The translations under genes and the position numbers were made by a program. Of a stretch of 64,000 nucleotides of DNA, positions 9,666 to 18,460 are shown one piece after another; positions within the stretch are counted from its first letter, which is position 1; every line of letters starts with the position of its first letter. The notes beneath the pieces were generated by a model. It ran no database searches and was not told where the DNA came from. It saw only the letters and a list, made by a program, of their open reading frames with translations. The stretch is taken from NCBI GenBank assembly GCA_965242925.1, contig CBDEUM010000014.1:160001-224000 (forward strand), read 5' to 3'. The stretch comes from Roseibacillus sp. (GTDB lineage Bacteria > Verrucomicrobiota > Verrucomicrobiia > Verrucomicrobiales > Akkermansiaceae).

Positions 9666-11063
9666 ATGCGCAGCTTCCCTCTCCTCCTCACTGCCTGCTT
9701 TCTTCTGCAGCCCGGTGCCCTCACGGCGAACACCGGGAAGAACGCACCCAGGCCAAACTTCCTCTTCCTTCTGGTCGATGACCTCGGCTGGGCCGACCTC
9801 GGCTGTTACGGATCCACCTTCCACGAAACACCGCACCTCGACCGCCTGGCGAAGGAGGGCGTTCGTTTCACTGACGCCTACACCGCTGCCTCCATCTGCT
9901 CCCCCACCCGGGCCTCAATCATGACCGGCAAACACCCGGTCCGGGTGGATATCACTGACTGGATCCCGGGGAGCAGCGGCCAGGGTCGCAGGATGAAAAC
10001 CCCCCGGGACACCCACCAGCTTGCGCTGGAGGAGGTCACCATTGCCGAGGCCCTCAAGGAGGGCGGCTACTCCACCTTCTACACCGGCAAATGGCATCTC
10101 GGAGGAAAAGCCTTCAGCCCGGACAAGCAGGGGTTTGATGAATACTACGATCCCCACCACGACCCTTCCAAGGGATCACCAGGCAAAGGCAGGACCACCG
10201 GACGCAAGCACGCTACGATCGACCTCACCCGGGAAACGAAGAGTTTCATCCGGCGGAACAGGGACAGCCCCTTTTTTGCCTATCTCGCCTACTACGACAT
10301 CCACACTCCCATTATCCCTGAGAAGAACTACCAGGAGCACTACACCAGGAAAGCGGCCCTGCTGGGTCCCTCCCCCAAGCCGATCAGGGAACATGACGGA
10401 GTGAGCCGTCCCCGGCAGGACAATGCCGCCCTCGCCAGCATGGTGCAGGCCGTCGACGACTCAGTAGGGGAATTGGTGGCGCACCTCGGTGAGCTGGGGA
10501 TCCTGGAGAACACCTACATCTTTTTCTTCTCCGACAATGGCGGCCTCTGCACCAAGAACACGGTGGGCCCCGGATGCAACCTTCCCCTCCGGGCCAGCAA
10601 GGGATGGCTCTACGAAGGCGGCATTCGCGTCCCTCTCATCGTGCGTCAACCCGGAAAGAAGAATGCGGGCGCACAACCCACCGACTATGTCTTGAGCACA
10701 GACATCTATCCAACTCTTCTCGCTCTCGCCGGACTCCCCCTGCGCCCCGCCCAACACGCCGATGGCCGGAGCTTTGAGGACATCCTCGTGGACGGGAAGA
10801 CACGCGAGCCTCCCCGCCGTCTCTACTGGCACTACCCCCACTATCATGGCTCCGCCTGGACCCCCGGGGCAGCCATCCGTGATGGAGACTGGAAGCTCAT
10901 CGAGTTCTACCACTACGGCAACATGGAACTCTACAACCTGAAAGACGACCCGGGGGAGGCGAAGGACCTCGCTACGCGGTTTCCCGGACGCACGAACGAA
11001 CTTCGCCAGCGTCTCAGGGACTGGCAGGAGAAAATGGGCGCCAAGATGCCAACGCCCAGATAA
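9666..11063 (+). CDS. Secreted Cys-type (formylglycine) sulfatase
   Basis: Signal peptide; DDLG, CSPTRASIMTG, GKWHLG, SDNGG, KGWLYEGGIRVP. Confidence 0.95.
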   Translation: MRSFPLLLTACFLLQPGALTANTGKNAPRPNFLFLLVDDLGWADLGCYGSTFHETPHLDRLAKEGVRFTDAYTAASICSPTRASIMTGKHPVRVDITDWIPGSSGQGRRMKTPRDTHQLALEEVTIAEALKEGGYSTFYTGKWHLGGKAFSPDKQGFDEYYDPHHDPSKGSPGKGRTTGRKHATIDLTRETKSFIRRNRDSPFFAYLAYYDIHTPIIPEKNYQEHYTRKAALLGPSPKPIREHDGVSRPRQDNAALASMVQAVDDSVGELVAHLGELGILENTYIFFFSDNGGLCTKNTVGPGCNLPLRASKGWLYEGGIRVPLIVRQPGKKNAGAQPTDYVLSTDIYPTLLALAGLPLRPAQHADGRSFEDILVDGKTREPPRRLYWHYPHYHGSAWTPGAAIRDGDWKLIEFYHYGNMELYNLKDDPGEAKDLATRFPGRTNELRQRLRDWQEKMGAKMPTPR

Positions 11064-11075
11064 TGGCCTGCCGAC

Positions 11076-13205
11076 TTACGGATCGATTCCGATCACCTGC
11101 AGGAAGACCTTGGGCTCAAGCTCCAGACTTTCCGGAACCCGCAGCGTCACGGGCGAAGCAACCAATCCAACCGCAGCGGTCACGGGAAGAACGTTGTCCT
11201 GTGGGTCAATTGCTTCCAGATCCTTCGCCGAACCCATCTGGATGCTGAATGGCCCGGGAAGAGCACCGTCCCAGTCCACCGTAAACTCATTGGTGGCCGG
11301 GTTGAAGGTGAGGCTCGTGATCTGGATACGGGCAGGATCATTGCCCCCACCGTTGCCGGGATCTCCCACCTCGAAGCGAAACCAGTCCGGCTTGTTCGAT
11401 TCGAGCACCATCGGCACGATCCCGTTGGGATGGGTCAGACTGTAGGATCCTCCTGCCGCCCCCGCAGTCACCTCAAAGCCATCGAGGAACGTGGAAGGAT
11501 AACCGCCCACCACTGCAAACCACACCCCTTCCGTAAGTCCCTCAGGAATATCAATCAGACTCTGCAGGGTGCCGCTCGCGTCATCATTGTAATACAGGAA
11601 GTAGCCAAACTCATCATAGATCGCGAGTTGGGTATCGACCAGGGACTCGAGGGTATGAAGTTGCAGGGGGACTCCGGGATCGGCGATCTTACCCAGATCC
11701 ACAAACTCACGGGGAGGACCGAGAGAAATGGCGAACTCAAACCACACCGTCTCCGAGGCTTCCGTCCCTGTCGATGTCGTCGTCGTAGCTGTCCTCGCCT
11801 CGGGCCCAAGATTGGGATTGGAGGGATAATTGAAGACCACATCCCCCACTGCCCCACCGGTCGTGGTGATCGGCCCGAGATCGAAGATCGCCCCGGCTCC
11901 CGCCACCACCGCGATGTATGTTCCGGTATCCAGTCCCTCCGGAAGCGAAACCTGACTCTGCAAGCCTTCGCCTGCGTTGTCATTTTCCTGAATGAGATCG
12001 CCATCAAAGGAAAAGATCGCCAACTGGGTATCGAAGCCGGATCCGAAGGTATCAAAGGTGAGCGGACTGCCTTCGCCTCCAATAACCCCCAGATCAATCT
12101 TCACCTCGTCCGGAAAGAGAGCAGGCAGCACGTTGAGATTCAGGGAAAACGTGGCATCGCCCTGATTGACCGCTCCGTCAAAGCCGACAAAACTCTCCAC
12201 CACCAGATAGTAGGTGCCCGTCCGGAGAACCAGTGAGTCCTGGTCCGGAGCCAAAGCGTCAAAGAAATTGTACCAGATCCCTTCCTGGGCGACAATTTTC
12301 CCAAGATCCACGTCAAATTCCGTGCGCAATCCCTCCACCAGGAAAAAATCGGGATCACCCTCGGCAAACTCGCTGTCCTTACTGAAGGTCAGGTTCGCAG
12401 GCTCGGCGAGAGTGAACTGGATGACATACTCGTTCCCCCAGTTCCCTGCCGTGTTAAGATCCAGACCTTCTCCGGCCACGAGGTCCGCATTGTTGCGCCC
12501 ACCCGTCATGACCGCCAGATTGAAGGAAAACGAGTCGATGCTGGAGGAGGTTACTGCACCTTGGTTTCCGGATTCCCGGCTGTAGAAGCCCACGAGATTG
12601 CCGGGGGCAAAGGTTGTTTCCGCGGTCAGTTCAAGGGTGCCGTCGATCCAGAGTTCCAGCGAAGACCCAAGATCACGGATCGTCAGGTCGTAGTATTGAT
12701 CCGTGTCCAAGGGGTAGGTCCTTGCGGCAAGGAGAAACGGATCATCGTCACCCATTTCGTGGAAGGAGATCTGGTTGTCGTCATTGGAGAAGGTAGCAAC
12801 GAGCCCCCGCCGCTCGCCGAATTCCAAGGCCTCCATGGTCGATCGGAAGGCAATCTTCAGGTGTTCGGAGTCCGAGTTCAACTTGGCGCGCAGGTTGATT
12901 TCTAACGAGCCCTCAAAGCCTTCCAGGGTGTGAAGAACACCGCGGCCGGTTGTGGTCACAGTCCCTCCTGCCTCTACCACGGTCCCTCCCCCCGTCGTGG
13001 TCCAGACCAGTGGATCCAGAACCCCATCATCGAAGTCATCGGATAATTCCGCCGGGGGGCTAAGATCACCCACCAGCGCGGTGGTCCCGGAAATTTCCGT
13101 GTTGCCTTCGGGCAGCGGCCCAAGATCAACATCAACCTCGTAGTCAGCGACAGCGGGAAAAGTCGCGGCGAACGTAATAAGCAATCCCTGTAACGCAGGT
13201 TTCAT
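11076..13205 (-). CDS. Secreted acidic protein with a lectin-like beta-sandwich and two PPC/DVUA0089-like repeats
   Basis: Signal peptide MKPALQGLL...AVA. Repeats DTQLAIF..DG.LI.END...LQSQV..PEGL..GTY and DTQLAIY..G.....NDD...LQSLI..PEGL..GVW. Confidence 0.65.
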   Translation of the reverse strand: MKPALQGLLITFAATFPAVADYEVDVDLGPLPEGNTEISGTTALVGDLSPPAELSDDFDDGVLDPLVWTTTGGGTVVEAGGTVTTTGRGVLHTLEGFEGSLEINLRAKLNSDSEHLKIAFRSTMEALEFGERRGLVATFSNDDNQISFHEMGDDDPFLLAARTYPLDTDQYYDLTIRDLGSSLELWIDGTLELTAETTFAPGNLVGFYSRESGNQGAVTSSSIDSFSFNLAVMTGGRNNADLVAGEGLDLNTAGNWGNEYVIQFTLAEPANLTFSKDSEFAEGDPDFFLVEGLRTEFDVDLGKIVAQEGIWYNFFDALAPDQDSLVLRTGTYYLVVESFVGFDGAVNQGDATFSLNLNVLPALFPDEVKIDLGVIGGEGSPLTFDTFGSGFDTQLAIFSFDGDLIQENDNAGEGLQSQVSLPEGLDTGTYIAVVAGAGAIFDLGPITTTGGAVGDVVFNYPSNPNLGPEARTATTTTSTGTEASETVWFEFAISLGPPREFVDLGKIADPGVPLQLHTLESLVDTQLAIYDEFGYFLYYNDDASGTLQSLIDIPEGLTEGVWFAVVGGYPSTFLDGFEVTAGAAGGSYSLTHPNGIVPMVLESNKPDWFRFEVGDPGNGGGNDPARIQITSLTFNPATNEFTVDWDGALPGPFSIQMGSAKDLEAIDPQDNVLPVTAAVGLVASPVTLRVPESLELEPKVFLQVIGIDP

Positions 13206-13311
13206 GATTTGCACTTCGAGTTAGGGCGTGGAGGGGCACGCTGCATCCTTCCCCCCATGCCTGCAAGCCTGCTTTTCCCAAAGAAATTGCAGTGACAGGA
13301 TCTCCGGACGG

Positions 13312-13346
13312 GGGCTGTTCCCCTGGGGGAGCAGGGAAAACAGCCC
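13312..13346 (-). terminator. Hairpin directly after the stop of the cytochrome c gene
   Basis: Inverted repeat gggctgttcccctg / cagggaaaacagccc. Confidence 0.45.
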
Positions 13347-16300
13347 TACTTCCTGATGTTGTAGACCGAATTGTGGATCTCCCGTACCACCTCCACCCCA
13401 TTGTCACCACGGGTCTTGCAGCGAATGGACATCCCCCAAGTGGGAGCCAGTTCCGGCACCGTCAGCGTCACAGACCTGCCGTCCGGACTCAGGGCGGCCT
13501 TGCTCACTTTCCAGGGTCGCTGGTCATAATGACGCGATCCATAGTTCCTGGTCCGCTTGAGATCCCAGGCCTCAATGGCCCAGGCCCCAGCGTTCTCGGT
13601 GGCGGCCTTGTCGAGGGGATCGCTGAACGTCACCTTCACCGTCTGCGGTGCGGTGTCCAATCCCACCGGCACATGTGCCGGCTCTCCGGTCGCGCGCACA
13701 CGATAGAAGCCACCGGCCTGCCGCTGGTTGCCGGCCCAGGCGAACATCCCGCAGGCGTAGAGCTGACCGTCACCGGGATGAAAGCGTCCCCGCATCACCC
13801 CGGTCGGGAACTGCTTGAAGGGAAGCTGGCACATGCCGCCCTGTACCTGCCCGTTCACTTTTTCATGAGGGACGACGTAGATCTTCCCGTAGCCGTAGGA
13901 GAGATTGAGGAGAGAACCGCGCAATGACGTCCAGGCCGAGTCCTCCGGCACCCAGAGCAACTCGGCCGGGGAACGGTCGAATCCGTTGGTGATCCAGCAC
14001 AGGGGCGCCGTCATGGCCGAGTCCGAGGAATCGGTGATGCTGTGGTAGCCGAACATGTTCCCGTAAAAGTCGTTCTTGCCCGTCCCCTTCACCCAGTTGA
14101 TGCGGTTCTTGGGATTCCAGTGGCCCTCCTGGTCGGTGACGATGAAGGTCCCGTCCGGATTGAGACAGACCCCGTTGGCGGCGCGGAAACCGGTGGCCAG
14201 GATGTCGGTCTTACTGCCATCCCTGCTCACCCTGAGCAGCGTACCGTGGTGCGGGACCACCGCGGTCAGGGCATGCCGCGCCGACTTGGCGTAGTAAAAG
14301 TTGCCGTCGTCATCGGTCTGCAGGCCCATGGCGAACTCGTGGAAGTGTTCGGTGACCTGGTGGTCATTGTTGAAAACCTCCACGTAATCGGTCTCGCGAT
14401 CACCGTTGTGATCGCGCAGGAGTGCGATCATGTCACGACAGCCCACGTAAATCCGGCCGTCCACGATCCGCAATCCCAGCGGCTGGAAGAGCCCCGAGCA
14501 GATTCGCTGCCATTGCAATATGCCCTCGCTCTGGTCGATGCCATCCACGATCCACACGTCACCGTTCCAGGTGCACACCGCCGCACTCTTGCCGCCCTCG
14601 AAATAGTCAAACCCGGACGTCCGCATCCACGACTGCCAGGGATTTTCAGCAGGTGGGGGCGTGTGCAGCACGTCCACCGCGAAGGGGCCGTCATCCGCAC
14701 CCCGTGCGATCCTGGTCACCAGTCTCCCCTGGAAACGCGGCGCGGGTTTCCGTCCAAAGAGTTCCTCGTCCCCCGCGCGCGCCGCCCGCACCTCAATCCC
14801 CTCACCGATTACCACCCGGTAAATCTGCGCCACCTTGCTGGCCGGGAAGACATGCTCCTTCCCGGCATTGAGCCGCATGCGCAGGGCCTTCCCGCCCGGA
14901 CCGATCTTCATGACCCGCACGAAGGACTGCTCTCCACCATCCCATTGGGGCACTTCCTGGATCTCCGTCTCTCCCACCGTGTAATCGATGACCGCCTCCC
15001 CACCCGCATACTGAAGCCCCCGGAACTTCACCCATTTCCCGGGCAGAGGACCGTAGGGCTTGTTATCGCGCCCCAGGATACGCGAGTCCTCGTAGCCGCC
15101 CTCCACCGGGTTGGCCCACATCGGCACGTTGGGAAAAACAAACTTCTTCTCTCCCACGATGCTGGTGTGCGAGCCGTGGGACCCATCAAAGGCGATCCCC
15201 CTCCAGTCGACAAACTTGTCCCCCGTCCACGCCGCCGCCAGCCGCATCGTGTCGTGGTCGTAGAGCATCCACGCCTTGCCATTTGCCACGCCGCCCGGGC
15301 CGTCGTCCACCCGCACCGTCATGCCTTTCTGCGCGATGTTTCCACCCTCGACCTGCATGGTCCAGAAGAGGACGTTTCCGTAGTCCTGGAGGACATACTG
15401 CGGGGCCTTCCTGGGCCCCTTGCGCTCCTCCACCGTGCTCATTCCGCGCGGCAGGCGCTCCAGGTAATCCGCGTTCACAGCGGAGAGCTGGTCTTCATTC
15501 CTCCCCTTGAGGAAGGTCTCGCGCACATAATGGATCACGTCGTACTTCTGCGCGGTGGTGTATTGCGGCTGCGGCACCATGAGCCCGTAGCCACGCTCCA
15601 AGGTCTGGAACATGCGATAGGGATCGTTTCCATTCTTGAACTGTCCCTGGTGGAACCGCAGGGCGGTCGGAAGCGATCCTTCCTTTTCAATCGTTCCATG
15701 ACAGGTCACGCAAAGCTGCCCGTAGACCGCCTTGCCCCGGGCCAGGCTTTCCCCGTCCCAACCGCGCACCAGGGCGGCATGGTCGGCCCTCTCCAGCGGC
15801 TGTATCCTCGCCCTTCGCAGGCTGAAGCCCGCCCCGGCCTTCAGTTTCACCCTGCTACCGTAGCCCGGAAGGCGACCGTATTTCACTTCCGTCAACCTGC
15901 GCGGCTTGGTTTCCGGTTTGGGCTCCCCACCGGGCTTCCAGTTGTAGTCCGGGGTGTTGACGGTATCCTCCCGACCGCTTGAGAGCGACTTCACCTCCGC
16001 CAGACTGAGGGCCCGCTTCCACCAGCGCACATTGGCAATCTTCCCGTCCCAGCGACCCCCGAAATCAGCGGATCCCGCCCCGATCTTGAAGACGTGGCTT
16101 TCCACATCGGGACGCTTGAATTCCCGGTTGGCCGCCTCCAGACCGCCATCGACAAAAAGGCGGGCGGTCTTGCCGTCCATCTGCAACACCACCACGTGAT
16201 CCTTGCCATCGTTGACCCTCTTGCTGCCCTCAATGTCACCGAGCCACCCCACATCGTAGGCCAACTTCCCATCACGCAGGAAAAGCATCTTGCCGTTCTC

Positions 16301-16837
16301 CACCCACTTCCCTGCCGCAGGAGCCTTGGCCACCAGTGGGCCATTCCCTCTGGTATTGAACTTCACCATCACGGTAAAATCGCGGTCAAAGCGGAAGGTT
16401 CCTTTCGAATCAGCAGCGTTGGCCACCACCGCTGCGCCGGCAACCTGTCCCGCCGGGGCCGAATTCTCCAGGTCCTCCTCGCTGACCAGTTTACCCTCGT
16501 GCCAGACCCGCACCCGCGCCGACTGTCCGATGGCATGCTCGCAGACCACTTCCACCCGTCGCTGTCCCCCCGCCGGCAGGTCCACCGCATGATCTCCAAA
16601 GACAAGCAACCGGGCCTTGGAGGACTTGGTGGCATCATAATCGAGAAGCACCCGGAAGTTGGAGTAGTCCTTCCCTGACTCAAGCGTGCAGGGACCTGTC
16701 GTCTCCGGAAAGAGAGTCTCCAGGGTCTTTTCCAGAGGAAGGGAGGTCGGCGCGCTGGGAACCTGGGCCCAGAGGGCCGCGGACAGCGCAAGGGTCGAAA
16801 GGGAGATCGGAAGGAGGGGCGACTGGGAATGATTCAC
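13346..16837 (-). CDS. Secreted PVC-type multidomain c-type cytochrome (LamG + CxxCH cytochrome c + DUF6797-like region + sorbosone-dehydrogenase-like beta-propeller)
   Basis: Signal peptide. LamG (NDGKDHVV...LFVDG...WDGKIANVRWW). LCVTCHG with distal Met (GLMVPQ). LYDHDTMRLAAAW; GLFQPLGL, FHEFAMGL, TGFRAANG, DQEGHW propeller blades. Confidence 0.8.
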   Translation of the reverse strand: MNHSQSPLLPISLSTLALSAALWAQVPSAPTSLPLEKTLETLFPETTGPCTLESGKDYSNFRVLLDYDATKSSKARLLVFGDHAVDLPAGGQRRVEVVCEHAIGQSARVRVWHEGKLVSEEDLENSAPAGQVAGAAVVANAADSKGTFRFDRDFTVMVKFNTRGNGPLVAKAPAAGKWVENGKMLFLRDGKLAYDVGWLGDIEGSKRVNDGKDHVVVLQMDGKTARLFVDGGLEAANREFKRPDVESHVFKIGAGSADFGGRWDGKIANVRWWKRALSLAEVKSLSSGREDTVNTPDYNWKPGGEPKPETKPRRLTEVKYGRLPGYGSRVKLKAGAGFSLRRARIQPLERADHAALVRGWDGESLARGKAVYGQLCVTCHGTIEKEGSLPTALRFHQGQFKNGNDPYRMFQTLERGYGLMVPQPQYTTAQKYDVIHYVRETFLKGRNEDQLSAVNADYLERLPRGMSTVEERKGPRKAPQYVLQDYGNVLFWTMQVEGGNIAQKGMTVRVDDGPGGVANGKAWMLYDHDTMRLAAAWTGDKFVDWRGIAFDGSHGSHTSIVGEKKFVFPNVPMWANPVEGGYEDSRILGRDNKPYGPLPGKWVKFRGLQYAGGEAVIDYTVGETEIQEVPQWDGGEQSFVRVMKIGPGGKALRMRLNAGKEHVFPASKVAQIYRVVIGEGIEVRAARAGDEELFGRKPAPRFQGRLVTRIARGADDGPFAVDVLHTPPPAENPWQSWMRTSGFDYFEGGKSAAVCTWNGDVWIVDGIDQSEGILQWQRICSGLFQPLGLRIVDGRIYVGCRDMIALLRDHNGDRETDYVEVFNNDHQVTEHFHEFAMGLQTDDDGNFYYAKSARHALTAVVPHHGTLLRVSRDGSKTDILATGFRAANGVCLNPDGTFIVTDQEGHWNPKNRINWVKGTGKNDFYGNMFGYHSITDSSDSAMTAPLCWITNGFDRSPAELLWVPEDSAWTSLRGSLLNLSYGYGKIYVVPHEKVNGQVQGGMCQLPFKQFPTGVMRGRFHPGDGQLYACGMFAWAGNQRQAGGFYRVRATGEPAHVPVGLDTAPQTVKVTFSDPLDKAATENAGAWAIEAWDLKRTRNYGSRHYDQRPWKVSKAALSPDGRSVTLTVPELAPTWGMSIRCKTRGDNGVEVVREIHNSVYNIRK

Positions 16838-16946
16838 AATTGATGGGATCTGGTTCCCCGCCCCTTAGCGGAGATCGTCCCCCCCGCCAATGCGATTTCC
16901 AGCGCACCCGGATCACGTTTACGTGATCTCAACACTGATCCGCGGT

Positions 16947-18182
16947 TCATGGCACCGTTCCGGCTGCTCTCACCCGCATCACATGCACCTTGTTGAGGTC
17001 ATTCCTCCGTTTGCCGAGCCGGAGAAGCCCCTCCCCGCAGGTAATCCAGATCTGGTGGTCACTGATGCGGCAAACCCCGGAATTGCCCAGCGTCGCTCCT
17101 TCATCTGGCAGCAGGATCCGTTCCGTCCTGCGCATCACGCAAAGGCGCCCGGGATCAACCTGCCCGATGAAGAGCGGGGCCCGATGCCGGAAAACATGGT
17201 CATTTCCCGCTCCCCGGCGGGTATAGATCAGAAAGAGCCCTTCTCCAATCCTCGCCCAGTGCTGCTGCGTGTTGTAACTGCCCAGGGGTTCCCCGTCCTC
17301 AAAGGTCCACTCCCGGACCTGCTCGAAAACCAGTCCATCCCGGCTGCGCGTCACATAGCCACTGTGATCCGCCCGCAAGGTAAGATAGAACCACTCCCCG
17401 TGCTGGATGAGGGAGGGTTCGTAGAGCCCACGTCCCTCTGGAATATTGAGCTCCGTTCCATGTTCCACGTAGGAAATCCGTTCGCCGTCGAACCGGCACC
17501 GCACCACCACGCTCGTATAATTGAATTTCTTCGCATCCGCCATGTAGCGGACCGGCAACAGGATCTCACCATTGGGCAGGTCCACCCGTTGCGTGTTGCC
17601 CGCATTGGCCGCCGTGATGGCATGTCCCCCATGATCTTTTCCAGGCATGTCCAGAAATCGCAGAGAGCTCCAGGAGCCATCCGCGGGATTCATCACGGCA
17701 TAAGACACCTTCTCCCTCCGCCGGTTCTCCTTGGTTCCTCCCTCGAAGTTGAACGTCTTGCCGGTAGCAATCACCTTCCCCGACCGGGCATGATAGGTCG
17801 GCCATAAATCACCCGCGCAAACCTCGTATCCGCCCTCTTGCCTTGTCCTCTTCAGGGACGGAATAACCTTCGGGATGCTCCAGGTCTTTCCTCCATCCCG
17901 GCTCACTGCCTGGTAGATGTCATGAAAATTGTGCACCCCTCCTCGCCCCGTCTCTGACATGGTGGTGATCCACCTCGGCCTGCTCCCCTTCCCTGCTTCG
18001 GATGCCGGCACAAAAGCCGTCCGCGCCTGCCACCAGTCCCAATCCCTGTCCCGCCCGGGGATGGTGGTCAGCGCCTCAATCTCCAACTGGACCGGCTTCA
18101 CCTCCCGGGCAACAATCGTTCCTGCTGTCACTGACAGAAACAACGCCCCCGGGAGAACGGACAGCAGCAATCGAAGAGACAT
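16947..18182 (-). CDS. Secreted BNR/Asp-box (sialidase-like) beta-propeller protein
   Basis: Signal peptide from ATG 18182; Asp-boxes SRDGGKTW and SRDGLVF; RGLYEPSL; RHRAPL. Confidence 0.75.
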   Translation of the reverse strand: MSLRLLLSVLPGALFLSVTAGTIVAREVKPVQLEIEALTTIPGRDRDWDWWQARTAFVPASEAGKGSRPRWITTMSETGRGGVHNFHDIYQAVSRDGGKTWSIPKVIPSLKRTRQEGGYEVCAGDLWPTYHARSGKVIATGKTFNFEGGTKENRRREKVSYAVMNPADGSWSSLRFLDMPGKDHGGHAITAANAGNTQRVDLPNGEILLPVRYMADAKKFNYTSVVVRCRFDGERISYVEHGTELNIPEGRGLYEPSLIQHGEWFYLTLRADHSGYVTRSRDGLVFEQVREWTFEDGEPLGSYNTQQHWARIGEGLFLIYTRRGAGNDHVFRHRAPLFIGQVDPGRLCVMRRTERILLPDEGATLGNSGVCRISDHQIWITCGEGLLRLGKRRNDLNKVHVMRVRAAGTVP

Positions 18183-18460
18183 GGCGGAATTCTGATTACA
18201 GCAGGCACACCCCTTGGCCCACCTAAAATATTCAATCGCCTGTTCCCACCTGCAGGCCTGCCGTCGGCCTCCTTGAAACATGACCCCGTTAAGGGAACCG
18301 GAAAATCACTGGTCAGGGAACCGTCTGCCGCGATCCGGACGGGAACCCGCCGGGATCGAATCCCCGGTGGACGATTCGGATTTGACCAGGAGGATGGTAT
18401 CGCGGACCCTTAACACTGAACAAACCCCATCGGATTGGATTGGTCCGACCACCCTCTTCC

